NCBI GenBank assembly: GCA_963727895.1
Contig: CAVSHT010000005.1
Coordinates: forward strand, 416,001-480,000
Source: an uncultured Methanosarcinaceae archaeon
GTDB taxonomy: Archaea; Halobacteriota; Methanosarcinia; Methanosarcinales; Methanosarcinaceae
Direction: 5' to 3'
DNA: 64,000 nucleotides
Part shown: positions 10,945 to 21,736 of the stretch, piece after piece
Position numbering within the stretch: position 1 is the first letter of the stretch
Layout of the letters: every line of letters begins with the position of its first letter
Notes under the pieces: model-generated
The model's database searches: none
What the model saw: only the letters and a program-made list of their open reading frames with translations
Told to the model about the DNA's origin: nothing
Program-made: the position numbers and the translations under genes

Positions 10945-11248
10945 GAAATAGTAGAGTTAAGAAGAAATAGTAGAGTTAGTAGAGTTAAGAAGAAATAGTA
11001 GAGTTAGTAGAGTTAAGAAGAAATAGTAGAGTTAGTAGAGTTAAGAAGAAATAGTAGAGTTAGTAGAGTTAAGAAGAAATAGTAGAGTTAGTAGAGTTAA
11101 GAAGAAATAGTAGAGTTAGTAGAGTTAAGAAGAAATGTGACTTAGTAGAGTTAGTAGAGTTAAGAAGAAATGTGACTTAGTAGAGTTAGTAGAGTTAAGA
11201 AGAAATGTGACTTAGTAGAGTTAGTAGAGTTAAGAAGAAATGTGACTT
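10945..11248. repeat. Tandem repeat array: 6 x 28 bp plus 3 x 35 bp, with partial units
   Basis: gaaatagtagagttagtagagttaagaa starting at 10964, 10992, 11020, 11048, 11076, 11104; variant with an extra tgtgact at 11132, 11167, 11202. Confidence 0.95.
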
Positions 11249-11384
11249 TTAATTGATAATTCTATTTTTTTAAAAAGTAGTAATCGTGCCAGTATCAGCA
11301 TAATTACTACATTTTTTAATATTATCCTCAATTTTTTGATGGTCTAGATAAAAAAGAACTTGAAGAACTTGTAGATTATTATAA

Positions 11385-12123
11385 GGCATTGATACTTAAA
11401 CATAGTTATATATTATTAGAAAGTATATTTCTTCATGAACTGCCCCAGATGCAATAGTTCCAGTCACAAAAAGAATTGTATAGTTGGCGGGCGTCAACGG
11501 TACAAATGCTCTGATTGTGGCTATAACTATACAGTAGAGCTAAAATCAACTGCTTTTTCCGCTTCTGTAAAAAGACAGGCTTTACAACTCTATCTTGAAG
11601 GATTGGGCTTTCGTTCAATAGGACGAGTTTTAGGGGTAAGTCATGTTTCTGTCCAAAAATGGATAAAGAAATTTGGTCAGGAGTTAGAAGACCTAAAAAG
11701 TGAAAATGAGATATCTATTGTTGAACTGGATGAGATGCACACTTACATCGGTAACAAAAAAATATTGCTGGATCTGGATTGCTGTTGATAGAGTTGGGAA
11801 AAAGTTCATCAACTGCTCTTTTGATAGCAGAGGAACGGAAACTGGAAAACTACTCTGGGAAAAATTGAAGAAAAAAGAGATTGGAGAAGTGATGACCGAT
11901 CACTGGAGAGCATATGCAGAGGTTCTTCCAGAAAAGATCCATACTCAATCAAAAGCAGAAACGTATACTGTTGAAGGATATAACAGCATATTGAGGCACT
12001 TTCTAGCAAGATTGAGAAGAAAGACAAAGTGTGATACAAAAAGTCTTGAAATACTAAAGTACTCGGTTATTCTATTGATGGAATAAAGAAATAAAGAACT
12101 AGATATATTTAAGTAACAATGCC
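11385..12123 (+). mobile_element. IS1-family element, complete ends, 8-bp TSD TATTATAA
   Basis: TIRs ggcattgatacttaaa / tttaagtaacaatgcc. InsA-like zinc-ribbon/HTH ORF 11435-11788 and InsB DDE ORF ending early at 12086. Confidence 0.95.
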
Positions 12124-12270
12124 TATTATAAATATAGAATTTGAAGATAGCGAATCAAAAGATCCTTATAAACTTGCTTATTGAAATTACAATTTAGGAA
12201 TAATTGAACTGTTTATGGGTTATTCAAGAGAAGCTGTAAAATACTTTGAAATTGCTGAATCAATATCCTT

Positions 12271-13110
12271 GGTTCCGTTGCAAAAAATTTCAGAATCAGC
12301 ACGTAAATCTACAGACAATGAACAAAAGTTAAAATATTCAAAAAGATGTGTCAATATTATAGAACTATTCCAAATAATTGATTAATATATTTAGCTTCAT
12401 TAAGACCAGAGTAATTTAGATTCTTGACTTGTCCTTTTTTAATCATATTCATCGCTTCAATTCCTTTTAAAGTTTTATTAGCAGATCGAAAAGACTGAAA
12501 TCCTAACATTGGATTAACTATTCGTTTAATGGATCTATGATCCTGTTCTACTTGATTTGTCGAATGCCTGTGTTTCTAGGTAGTATTTTATCATTTTTCA
12601 GTTTATTTATAGCAGGTGGATAAGCTGGATTTTTATCAACTGTGATTACTCTTGGAATTTGATTATGATTAGAATTCAAAGCTTTCTTAAAGAAACGTTT
12701 TGCTGCTTTTTGGTCTCGTTTTGCACTTAACATGAAATCAATTGTATCTCCATTTGAGTCAACTGCTCGGTAAAAATATTTCCATTCACTTCTCACTTTT
12801 ATATAGGTTTCATCAACTCTCCAAGAGTTATTAGTTGGTCTTAAATATCTACGTACCTTCTTTTCGATTTCAGGAGAGTATTGATGTACCCATCTCATAA
12901 TGGTTGTATGGTTGACTATTACTCCCCTTTCTGCCATCATTTCCTTTAAATTTCGATAACTTAATGGATATTTTAAGTACAATCTAACATTCAATAAAAT
13001 AATTTCACCCACAAAATGCTTCCATTTAAAGGGATTAGATAGCATGTCATTATCCTTTACTTCCCTTTTATTTGATTATATCCTTAACAGATATTTTTTG
13101 CAACGGAACC
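12271..13110 (-). mobile_element. IS6-family element; transposase frameshifted by a 16-bp deletion
   Basis: TIRs ggttccgttgcaaaaaa at both ends; FKWKHF..WRVDETY..DK motifs; deletion seen by comparison with the copy at 22503. Confidence 0.93.
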
Positions 13111-13147
13111 CAGTAATCTAAGTATAACATACTACTATCTTGGAGAT

Positions 13148-13747
13148 TTGAAAAAGGCTATTGAATATTCAGAGCAGGGACTTAAAATTGCTAAAGAAAT
13201 TGGAAATAAAAAAGAAGAACAATTTATTTTCAAAAATCTTGGTATTATTTACGAACAACTTAGTCATATAAGAAAATCGATTGAGTATTATGAACAGGCC
13301 TTAAAGATTTCCAGAGAACTCGGGTACAGGCGCGGAGAAGGTTCAGACCTTGGAAATCTGGGGAACGCATACAGTTATCTGGGAGAGACCAGAAAAGCAA
13401 TTGAATATTACGAACAGGCCTTGAAGATTTCCAGAGAAATAGGAGACCGAAGATTAGAAGGAAGTTATCTTGGAAATCTTGGGAATGCATACAGTTATCT
13501 GGGAGAGACCAGAAAGGCAATTGAATATTATAAACAGGCCTTGAAGATTTCAAGAGAAATAGGAGACAGGAAGGGAGAAGGGGAAGATCTTGGAAATCTG
13601 GGAAACGCATATAGACATCTAGGAGAAACAAGAAAAGCAATTGAGTTTTTGAAGGAGTCCCTTGCTATAGGAAAAGCAATTGAAGACCCACGGATAATTA
13701 GCTTTTGCGAGCAGAAACTGAAGGCACTTGAAATATTTGATGAATAA
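13148..13747 (+). pseudogene. TPR-repeat protein, C-terminal remnant of a gene interrupted by IS1 and IS6
   Basis: 40-aa repeats KAIEYYEQALKISREIGDRRGEG..LGNLGNAY; a TPR-like fragment also lies at 12124-12270 between the two IS. Confidence 0.8.
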
Positions 13748-13971
13748 TATATTCTTTGTTTAACGATTTTTGTACTTAAAAATAACACTCATAAATAACC
13801 TATAAAAACCTTAATTAGAATCAATAAAAATTTCTGAAACAACCCAGAAGTAAAACCAAAAACCCTTAAAACCAATAAACTATTAAGCAATCAATCACAA
13901 ACGTTAACTGTTATTTTTATCTAATTTTAGTTTTTTAACAATCATTTTTTCTCAGCTTTAAAGGTGGAACT

Positions 13972-14820
13972 ATGCCTCATATAATGGAATTGCTTGGAAA
14001 AACAAGAGTAGTAGTAAAGGACGGAAAGGTTATAGAAGTCGGAAAGCCTGAAGTCGAATGGTGTCCTCTTTTTGCCAAAGTCCGCGGAATCCAGAAGATT
14101 ACCCCTGAAGAAGTCAAGAAGAATATGGAATTCAGGATATGCGATTTTGGGATGTTTACTGAGAAGCGCAGGCTTGAACTTGAAGACTTTGTAGGTTTTG
14201 GAGCATCGGAAGTTATGATGACCGGCTTAAGCAGGGGTTTGCTTGACACAACTGTAACAGCCTGTGAAGGCGCAGGGACTGTAATTTCAAATAACCCTAC
14301 TCTTGTCCAGGGCATGGGTGGCAGGATGTCCGGCCTTGTCGAAACCGAACCAATCGATGCAATCATAAACGGGATTCAGGAACGCGGAGGAATCGTGCTT
14401 GATCCTTCAACTGCAAAAATGGATTCTGTCGCAGGAGTTAAAAAGGCAGCAGAACTCGGATACAAAAAAATTGCAGTAACTGCTGCTTTTGCTGAAACAT
14501 CAAAAGAGTTACGAAAACTTGAAGCTGAACTCGGGCTTGATTTGATAGTAATTGGCGTACATGTTACAGGTTTAAACAAAGAAGAAGCCCAGATTCTTGT
14601 GGAAAATTCAGACATTGTGACCAGTTGTGCTTCAAAGCATATCAGAGACATCGCAAAGCCTCTTGCTCAGGTCGGAACTGCAGTTCCACTTTTCGCGCTT
14701 ACGCAGAAAGGAAAAGAACTTGTGATTGAAAGGGCAAAGGATATTCAAAGCCCGATTCTGATCAATACCATGGCTCTTCCTGTGCTGCCTGATCACAAAC
14801 AGCCAAAAGAATTAAAGTAA
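13972..14820 (+). CDS. Methanogenesis marker protein 8 (DUF2099)
   Basis: HIMELLG, CPLF, FVGFGASE, CEGAGTV, QGMGGRMSGLVET, HVTG, CASK. Confidence 0.9.
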   Translation: MPHIMELLGKTRVVVKDGKVIEVGKPEVEWCPLFAKVRGIQKITPEEVKKNMEFRICDFGMFTEKRRLELEDFVGFGASEVMMTGLSRGLLDTTVTACEGAGTVISNNPTLVQGMGGRMSGLVETEPIDAIINGIQERGGIVLDPSTAKMDSVAGVKKAAELGYKKIAVTAAFAETSKELRKLEAELGLDLIVIGVHVTGLNKEEAQILVENSDIVTSCASKHIRDIAKPLAQVGTAVPLFALTQKGKELVIERAKDIQSPILINTMALPVLPDHKQPKELK

Positions 14821-15218
14821 AACAAAAGAAAACGGCATCAAAACCGTGATTATTTTTTACTTTAACTTTTTAACTCTGTTCTTTAACTTTTTCTATTTTT
14901 GGTTCTCTAAAACCCTTGATCAAATCAACAAAAAAGGATCTCATAAACAAACAAGAGTCCCAGATTTAGACGTTGATATCCAGATAATATCTTTAACCAG
15001 TGGTATCTGAGTTTCCTTTAATTGCAGAATTTCTACAAGACTTATTTTCTTCTTTAGCTTCTTAATTTTCGATTCCGATTTTTGTCTTATTTATTCCCTT
15101 AATCTTCATAATTTTTATAAATTTTAATTTAAATAAAAAAATTTAAGAATTACACTAGTTATTATAATTATTAACATTTTTTATATGAAAAATAAATAAA
15201 AGATGATGGAGTAGGATA

Positions 15219-16454
15219 ATGAAAATTAGCAAAAATTTGCATTCATTAACTCTGGTATCAGCAACTTTGATTTTATTTTTAATTCTGGTTTCGTCTACTG
15301 CATCGGCAGCTATAACTGAAACAAGGATCACTACCCACGGCACAGCTAATGTGCCTGCTATCTATAATAACAAAATAGTTTGGCAGGATAGCCGGAATGA
15401 TAATGAAAAAGCAGATATCTACATGTACGATCTTTTAACTAAAAAAGAAACTAAAGTTAGCTCAAATAACTCAAATCACTACTCCCCTGCAATATACGGA
15501 AATAAGATCGTATGGCTTGAGTGGTATGCTAACCCTGTAGATTTAGTAGATGGTGGATTTTACATGAAAGACCTTTCTACTAAAAAACAAAGCTTGATCA
15601 TTACTTATAGTGACCTTGTAGATAACCCTGCAATCTATGGCAACAAGGTTGTTTTTGAAATTTATAATGTTGCACAGTCGGATATCTACTTATATAACAT
15701 CTCCACAAAAAAATTAACTCAGATTAGCAGTCCTTCAATAGGCGCGTTCACTCCTGATATATACGGTGACAAGATTGTGTGGCATGAAGAGGACACCGAT
15801 GGAAACTCAGATATCTACGTGTACGATTTATCCACTTCCAAGGAAACCAAAATCACCACTAGCGGATCAGCATACAATCCTGATATCTATGGTAATAGAA
15901 TCGTGTGGGAAGATGCTCGCAACGGAAACTGGGATATTTACATGTATGATCTTTCTACAAAGAAGGAAACTCAGATCACCACAAATTCATCAGATTCAGA
16001 AAGCCCTGTTATATATGGTAATAATATTGTGTGGCAGGATGATCGCAATGGGAACTGGGACATATACGCATATGATCTCAAGACCCATCAACAAATATAC
16101 ACTACCGACAAATCTGATCAGGTTTCACCTGATATCTACGGAAACAGGATAGTTTGGCTAGATGGTAACTCTGACAGTGGGGATATCTACACAGGCACTA
16201 TTAGCTATCTCCCAGTAGCTGCGTTTACGGCTTCACCTACTTCTAGAAATTCACCTTTGAACGTAAAATTTACTGATAAAAGCACAGATGCCTATTATTG
16301 GTCCTGGAACTTTGGTGATAAAAGCACTTCAACAGTTCAGAATCCAACGCACAAATATACAAAAGCAGGAAAATATACCATTAGCTTAACAGTAAAGAAT
16401 GCAAAAGGCAGTAATACTAAAACTGTGTCCAATTATGTAATAGTGAAAAAGTAA
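15219..16454 (+). CDS. Secreted cell-surface protein with beta-propeller repeats and a C-terminal PKD domain
   Basis: Signal peptide, repeated PxIYGNxIVWxD.RNGNWDIYxYDL, WNFGD. Confidence 0.9.
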   Translation: MKISKNLHSLTLVSATLILFLILVSSTASAAITETRITTHGTANVPAIYNNKIVWQDSRNDNEKADIYMYDLLTKKETKVSSNNSNHYSPAIYGNKIVWLEWYANPVDLVDGGFYMKDLSTKKQSLIITYSDLVDNPAIYGNKVVFEIYNVAQSDIYLYNISTKKLTQISSPSIGAFTPDIYGDKIVWHEEDTDGNSDIYVYDLSTSKETKITTSGSAYNPDIYGNRIVWEDARNGNWDIYMYDLSTKKETQITTNSSDSESPVIYGNNIVWQDDRNGNWDIYAYDLKTHQQIYTTDKSDQVSPDIYGNRIVWLDGNSDSGDIYTGTISYLPVAAFTASPTSRNSPLNVKFTDKSTDAYYWSWNFGDKSTSTVQNPTHKYTKAGKYTISLTVKNAKGSNTKTVSNYVIVKK

Positions 16455-16619
16455 TGAGAATTTTATATTAAAAAGGTAAAATCATAAAAAGGAGGGGGAG
16501 TATTTTATTAATATTCATATTTTCTTAAAATTTTATGGATAAACGTAAATTTTCTATATTTGCTGAATATCTAAAAATTTAACAAAATATAAGAAACAAC
16601 TTTATGCGATATATTCAGC

Positions 16620-16735
16620 TTTATTTGTTCTTACACAGAAAATAACTTGTGATTGAAAGAGCAAAGGATATTCAAAGTCCGATTCTGATGAATACTATGA
16701 AATTACCTATATTGCATGAAAATAAGTAGCAAAAA
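16620..16735 (+). repeat. Degenerate duplicate of the marker-8 gene 3' end (about 14690-14810)
   Basis: aacttgtgattgaaagagcaaaggatattcaaagtccgattctgat vs aacttgtgattgaaagggcaaaggatattcaaagcccgattctgat. Confidence 0.85.
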
Positions 16736-16911
16736 ATCTTGTTTTAAGGAAAGTAACTCAGGCAGTAGCTTATTGACTTATTTGTGTCTGTTATGTAGTA
16801 AAATTACTGATTTTTTGCAGGATGTTACATATTATGAAATTTTGTTGTAATCTATATTCCGGGTGTCGGCTGAAATAATAAACTAATGCCTGAGAAACTG
16901 ATTTATGTCAA

Positions 16912-17043
16912 TTACTTTTCTTTCTTACCGGGTTTGGATGCTTTTTCTTTCTTTGACGACTTATCAGCTGGAGCCTTTGTCTGCGGCTTTGCACAGGAAG
17001 CACCGGCTTTTGGACTGTCGCCTATTGTAGATTTTTTTGCCAG
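16912..17043 (-). CDS. Putative 43-aa Lys-rich small protein with CTG start
   Basis: GAGGTG RBS 7 nt before CTG; (M)AKKSTIGDSPKAGASCAKPQTKAPADKSSKKEKASKPGKKEK; BRE/TATA ggaaacTTATATATAA at 17101-17116. Confidence 0.6.
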   Translation of the reverse strand: MAKKSTIGDSPKAGASCAKPQTKAPADKSSKKEKASKPGKKEK

Positions 17044-17229
17044 TTAAAAACACCTCTTATATATAATTTTAAGTAAGTACATAGGGATACTGTCTTAAAG
17101 TTATATATAAGTTTCCTGCCCCAATTCTCTATCAAAAATTCCTATTGAATCTACATATCAATAATATATTTATATAATAGGTTTTATTTTGTGCCTTTGA
17201 ATTTTTAAATTTTTAAAGAATCCGATATA

Positions 17230-17601
17230 TTATCGAGATCTTTTTCTTCTTGCTTCTTTTCCCGTTTTTTCTAGTCTTTTATTTATTATATACTCTCCAA
17301 TCGGATTGACAAAACCAAGAAGGATTCCTAGCCCTGTAAAAATGTAGATCAACGGTAAAAATTTTTTCCAGATCAGTTTTAGGGGCAAAATCTCCATATC
17401 CCACAGTTGCCAGGGTGATAACCGAAAAATAAAAGGAATCAAGCCATCTCCATCCTTCAATCCCTATGGTAAAAAACGGTGCCCACTGCGAGAGTTATCA
17501 CAGTTAGATACACGAGTGATCTGAATTTCGGGTCTTTAAGCAGCGTTATTAGTGTTCTGAAAAAATGTCCAGAATGTATAAAGAAAAGGAATCATTATCA
17601 T
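17230..17601 (-). pseudogene. Two-TM potassium channel (KcsA-like), frameshifted
   Basis: Across frames reads FRSLVYLTVITLAVGTVFYH..EGWRWLDSFYF..VITLATVGYGDFAPKT; contains the K+ filter TVGYGD. Confidence 0.85.
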
Positions 17602-17679
17602 TTCCCCTGGAAAGTTAAGTCACTCAATTCAAGTTTGTCTCAAAAAGTACTTGCCAAAATTTTGAGTAAGTTTCTCCCC

Positions 17680-19137
17680 CTAAAAATACGAGCTCTCAAT
17701 TAGATCCCACTTTCTAAAACTCTGTCCAAGAAGATAAATAGCAAAAGGTATCATCAGAAGATTTAGAAGCCCATAATAGGAGCTAAACATTGACAGGATA
17801 ATATTTACCAGCAGGAGAGGCATGATTGAGAGTGTATATATTGCAAATGTCTTGCCGTTATAGAGGTTTATGGAAGGAGAAAGCCCTGTCAGATAAATAA
17901 GTAATGCCAGCCCTATTGATTTTCCTCTCAATTTCGCTTTGAAACCATGTAAAGCGAAATTGAGAGGAAAAGCAGCAGGGCTGGCAGCAGAGATTCAGGA
18001 TCTTTTTTAAGGGTGAGCAGGATAAGAATTATAAGCGGAATCAGATTAAGGAAAAGGTAACTGTTTAGTTTGCTCTTTATCATATCCGAAACTTTCAGGG
18101 GAAGGAAAGCATACGAAGTAAAGATATCGTATTCTGTAAGCCAGTTATACATTGAAGATGAAAGTACTCCGAGAACAAGGGAAAACAGGATTAGAGTATT
18201 CAAAGTCGGGAGAACTCTTTCCAGAGCTGAAAGAAGCGTCCAGATCAGAGACGCAGGCAGCAGGAACGAAAAAATTAACTTTCCGAGTCCTCCTTCACTT
18301 CTTTTCAGGTCAAGGAAATCCTTTGAGACAAAAGCTGCATACCTGTATGAACCAAGCTTCTCCGCACAGCCTGGAAAATGAATTTGGAAAGCTTTTTTTC
18401 TCAGAAGGGAAGTCTACCTTCAGGAAAAGCAGGGATAAAGCCAAAGGGATGATTATAAGCACAGATGAAGAGCAGAAACTGGTTTTTTGATGGAAGCAGG
18501 AAAAAAGAAAGGCTTGGCAGGGTATAAAATATTTCTGAATCCAGATTTCCGGAAATAAAGAGCAGGAAGAATACAGCCAGCCAGCAAACCCGAAGTCAGC
18601 AGCTTTCCGGAATGTGCATAAATAGTAGATAAGAAAAATACCAGGGAAAGCCCGATCATAAAGGAAAGAGAAAGGGTCAGGAGGAGAAGGAGAAGGGTAA
18701 CAGGAAAATGGAAATTTTCTGTCGGGTATAAGGGCTACAGCAAGTGAAAAGCCTGCAATGAAAGGCAGCACGTAGAGAACAAAGTAGTATACGATATCTT
18801 TTACCAGGAAGTTTGCAAAGATCAATCTCTCGGAAACGGGAAGCGTCCTTGAAGAATATGCTATCAGGCTTGCCTGCCCAAAACGCCGGTTCATGAATTC
18901 CCTACCTAGAAGCCCGAAGGCTCCTACCATGCCTGCCAAGAAGTAAGAAACAGATAATGCATTCCCGAGCGCTATCTGGGCATATGTAAAGATTTCCCTG
19001 AAAACCGGCAGAACAAGGCTTACGAAAAAAGTGAACAGGAAGATAAAGAAAGGAAAGAGGGAAAAACCATTGTTCCCGAAGAGATTTGAATGCATTCTCC
19101 ATTCTTCTTTAAGCATGCTTTTGAATATATCAAACAT
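17680..19137 (-). pseudogene. ABC transporter membrane subunit, several frameshifts
   Basis: Consecutive hydrophobic ORFs (MFDIFKSMLKEEWRMH...) directly downstream of an ABC ATPase. Confidence 0.7.
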
Positions 19138-19330
19138 AAAATCCCTGCTAGTTTTCCTCTTTATATTGATTATATTTTTGTTATTTTCCTCTTACTATTG
19201 CTCTTACTTTTGTGCCTTTTTATTTCTTTATCATCTTCGTTCTTACGTATCTTATTTTTAATCCAGTTTTACTTTTTATTTAATATGTGTATACAAAATT
19301 ACTAGAGAATCTCACGTGCCAGACTTTTTG

Positions 19331-20143
19331 TTACGCGTACTGTGCATGTGTACTCGAAAAAGTCTCGAAATCCATTGGTCGGCTTACAAGTTCAAGGAAG
19401 AATTCTTCAAAATTTTTGCCCTGAAGGACAGGATCGTCCAGGCGACCTGTATAAACCAGTTTTCCTTTGTAAATAATTCCAATGCTGGTACAGATCTGTT
19501 TTGCAATCTCGAGGATATGTGTCGAAATAAAGATTGTTCCTCCGTTTTTCACATAACCTACGAGAAAATTCTTTACTTTTTTCTGCATTACAGGATCCAG
19601 GTTGATAAGAGGCTCATCGATAATAGCAAGCTCGGGCTCATGAAGGAAAGCCTGCGCAAACATTAATTTCTGCCGTGTGCCTCTTGAAAGGTCTTTGCAC
19701 AGCGAATTTTTCTGATCCTTGAAATCAAAGAATTCAAACCATTTTTCGCAAATATCTTCGTATTGCTTCATTTTCCTGATCTTTGCAACGAAATGGAGAT
19801 ATTCTTCTGCAGTCAAAAAACTTGGTGGCGTTTCCTGTTCAGGAATAACACCTACGAGTTCTCGGACTTTTATTGGGTTTTCAAGCACATCCACTCCATG
19901 TACTTTCAAGAAGCCTGCTGTTGGTTTTATTTGACCGGTCAGCATTTTGATCATGGTAGTTTTTCCAGAGCCATTCGGACCCAGAAGGCCAAAAAGTTCA
20001 CCTTTACCAATGGAAAGAGAAACTTCATTTACTGCTTTTGTACTTTCGTAGTATTTAGAAAGATTTCTTATTTCAATCATCTTTAAGGCTCCCGAAAAGT
20101 CATTATTTACAGACAAATAAGGTAAAATGCCAGTAGAATTCAT
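19331..20143 (-). CDS. ABC transporter ATP-binding protein (likely start MIEIRN at about 20080)
   Basis: GPNGSGKTT, LSRG signature, IIDEP, STH. Confidence 0.9.
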   Translation of the reverse strand: MNSTGILPYLSVNNDFSGALKMIEIRNLSKYYESTKAVNEVSLSIGKGELFGLLGPNGSGKTTMIKMLTGQIKPTAGFLKVHGVDVLENPIKVRELVGVIPEQETPPSFLTAEEYLHFVAKIRKMKQYEDICEKWFEFFDFKDQKNSLCKDLSRGTRQKLMFAQAFLHEPELAIIDEPLINLDPVMQKKVKNFLVGYVKNGGTIFISTHILEIAKQICTSIGIIYKGKLVYTGRLDDPVLQGKNFEEFFLELVSRPMDFETFSSTHAQYA

Positions 20144-20512
20144 TAGAGCAAATTATAGATCAGAAATCAATTAAATTCAGAGTCAATCAAGAGTCATAAT
20201 TTTTGGAAGAACCAGGATTAGAACAAGAATTAAGGTTGAACCTGTAATTCATTAATAAAATTTTTAGTGTTAAAATGTACATCTTAAAATATATAAAAGA
20301 GTTTCGTACACTACTTTCGAATCTATAATCCGGGCTAAAATCAGGATTTAAGATTCTGCCCTGATATCGTTTCCAGCAAAGCACAAAAACATTATAAGAA
20401 GCTTGTAAAAGGCCAGAAGAATTTAAAGGAGAATTATAAAATCTAAAAAGATACTAGGTTAAATAAGTTTTAAGTTACATCAAATTGACTTTTCTCTTTT
20501 CCAGCTTCTTTC

Positions 20513-20879
20513 TTAGACCCTTACTTTTAACTTGTGAATATTTCCCGAAGAAAATCCATCATTTACCGGGCTCAAAGCGTTAAGCTCACTTGCAGTCTCG
20601 TTTAGAGAAAGCATAAAATCCGTCCTTATCCTGAAAATGAGCTCTTCAGGCTCTACACAGCAAAAAAGAGTTGGTTCACCCTCAATTATCCGGACATATC
20701 CTTTTTTCTCCATTTCTCTGAGAGTTCTATAGATTTTGGGTCTTGGGACTCTGGCATCTTTCTGCAATTTCACTGGCTCGTGCCTGCTTAAGGCAGACAA
20801 GCACTGCGTAGATTTTGGCTTCGTTTTCAGTAAATCCCAGTTTTTGAAGATTTTCTACAATTTTAAGAGTCACTCTCAT
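20513..20879 (-). pseudogene. TrmB-family transcriptional regulator, +1 frameshift near 20760
   Basis: MRVTLKIVENLQKLGFTENEAKIY...ASEIAE then ARVPRPKIYRTL..EKKG in another frame. Confidence 0.8.
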
Positions 20880-20909
20880 TTCCCTCCTTTCACCCAGTCT
20901 CTGTTAAAT

Positions 20910-21365
20910 TCATCTAGCTTGTTGACTAACAGCCTTTCTTAAAATCCTCACCATTGTCTCGAGACTCTGCACATAGTCTTCTATATCCTTCTCATCTACA
21001 AGCTTAAGCAACTCATCAATAATCTGATTGGAATAGTTATAACATTCTAATCCCTTCTCAGTCAGCGAAACGAGCACTTTTCTTCGGTCTTCAGGATCAG
21101 TTTTTCGAAATACCATTCCTTTTTTCTCCAGATCATCAACCATTCTTGTGAGGCTACTTTTTTCCATCCCCGTGTACTTCCCTATAGTTGAGGGCATGAT
21201 TTCACCTTCCATGCCTATGATCTTGATTACCATGGGTTGATTCTTGCTCAGATTTTTAAACTTGCTAATAATTTTCTTCTGAAAAGTTTGTTCAAAAATC
21301 AAACTATCAAGAGCATCTCTTTCCAGTCATCAGAAGAATTGTCTTTTTCAGCATTGCTTCATCCA
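20910..21365 (-). pseudogene. MarR-family regulator, frameshift near 21328
   Basis: SLTRMVDDLEKKG, DPEDRR, LTEKG. N-terminus MDEAMLKKTILLM is in another frame. Confidence 0.75.
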
Positions 21366-21458
21366 TTTTTTTCTCACTGTATCCCTTAAACTCGATTCTG
21401 ACATTGTAACGTTTCAACGAAAATATTTTTTGACTGTATTAAATAATATAAAATAATA

Positions 21459-21515
21459 TTGATTTATCAACTATTGATTTGCAGATATTTGATTATTCAA
21501 TAGTTGATAAATCAA
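21459..21515. promoter_or_regulatory. Array of TTGA-N4-TCAA palindromes, putative MarR operators
   Basis: ttgatttatcaa at 21459, ttgattattcaa at 21489, ttgataaatcaa at 21504; degenerate copy at 21474. Confidence 0.55.
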
Positions 21516-21736
21516 CAATGTTGTAACCATATTTAAGCTTCACGGTTTACCTGTACGCAAAAAACTCTGATTTTCAAAAATTATTATTTGGAAAGTTAGA
21601 TGGATTAAAAGGTTTAAAATAGAATAAAACTAAAGACTTAAAACTGGTTGCAAAATTTATTTCATTCTTTGACTATCAGCTTTTACCTGGGGACTCATCC
21701 CTGAAAGAAACACTTTTTGAACTCAAGTCCTCATTT

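Noticed and set aside
10945..11248. CRISPR array
   Set aside because: Units are head-to-tail with no unique spacers, and there are no cas genes in the window.
12548..12550. Pyrrolysine readthrough of the TAG in the IS6 transposase
   Set aside because: Comparison with the 22503 copy shows the TAG arises from a 16-bp deletion; the downstream coding sequence is out of frame.
13977..14651. Antisense and overlapping ORFs in the six-frame track (here and throughout)
   Set aside because: They are shadows of well-supported genes on the other strand or frame, with no motifs of their own.
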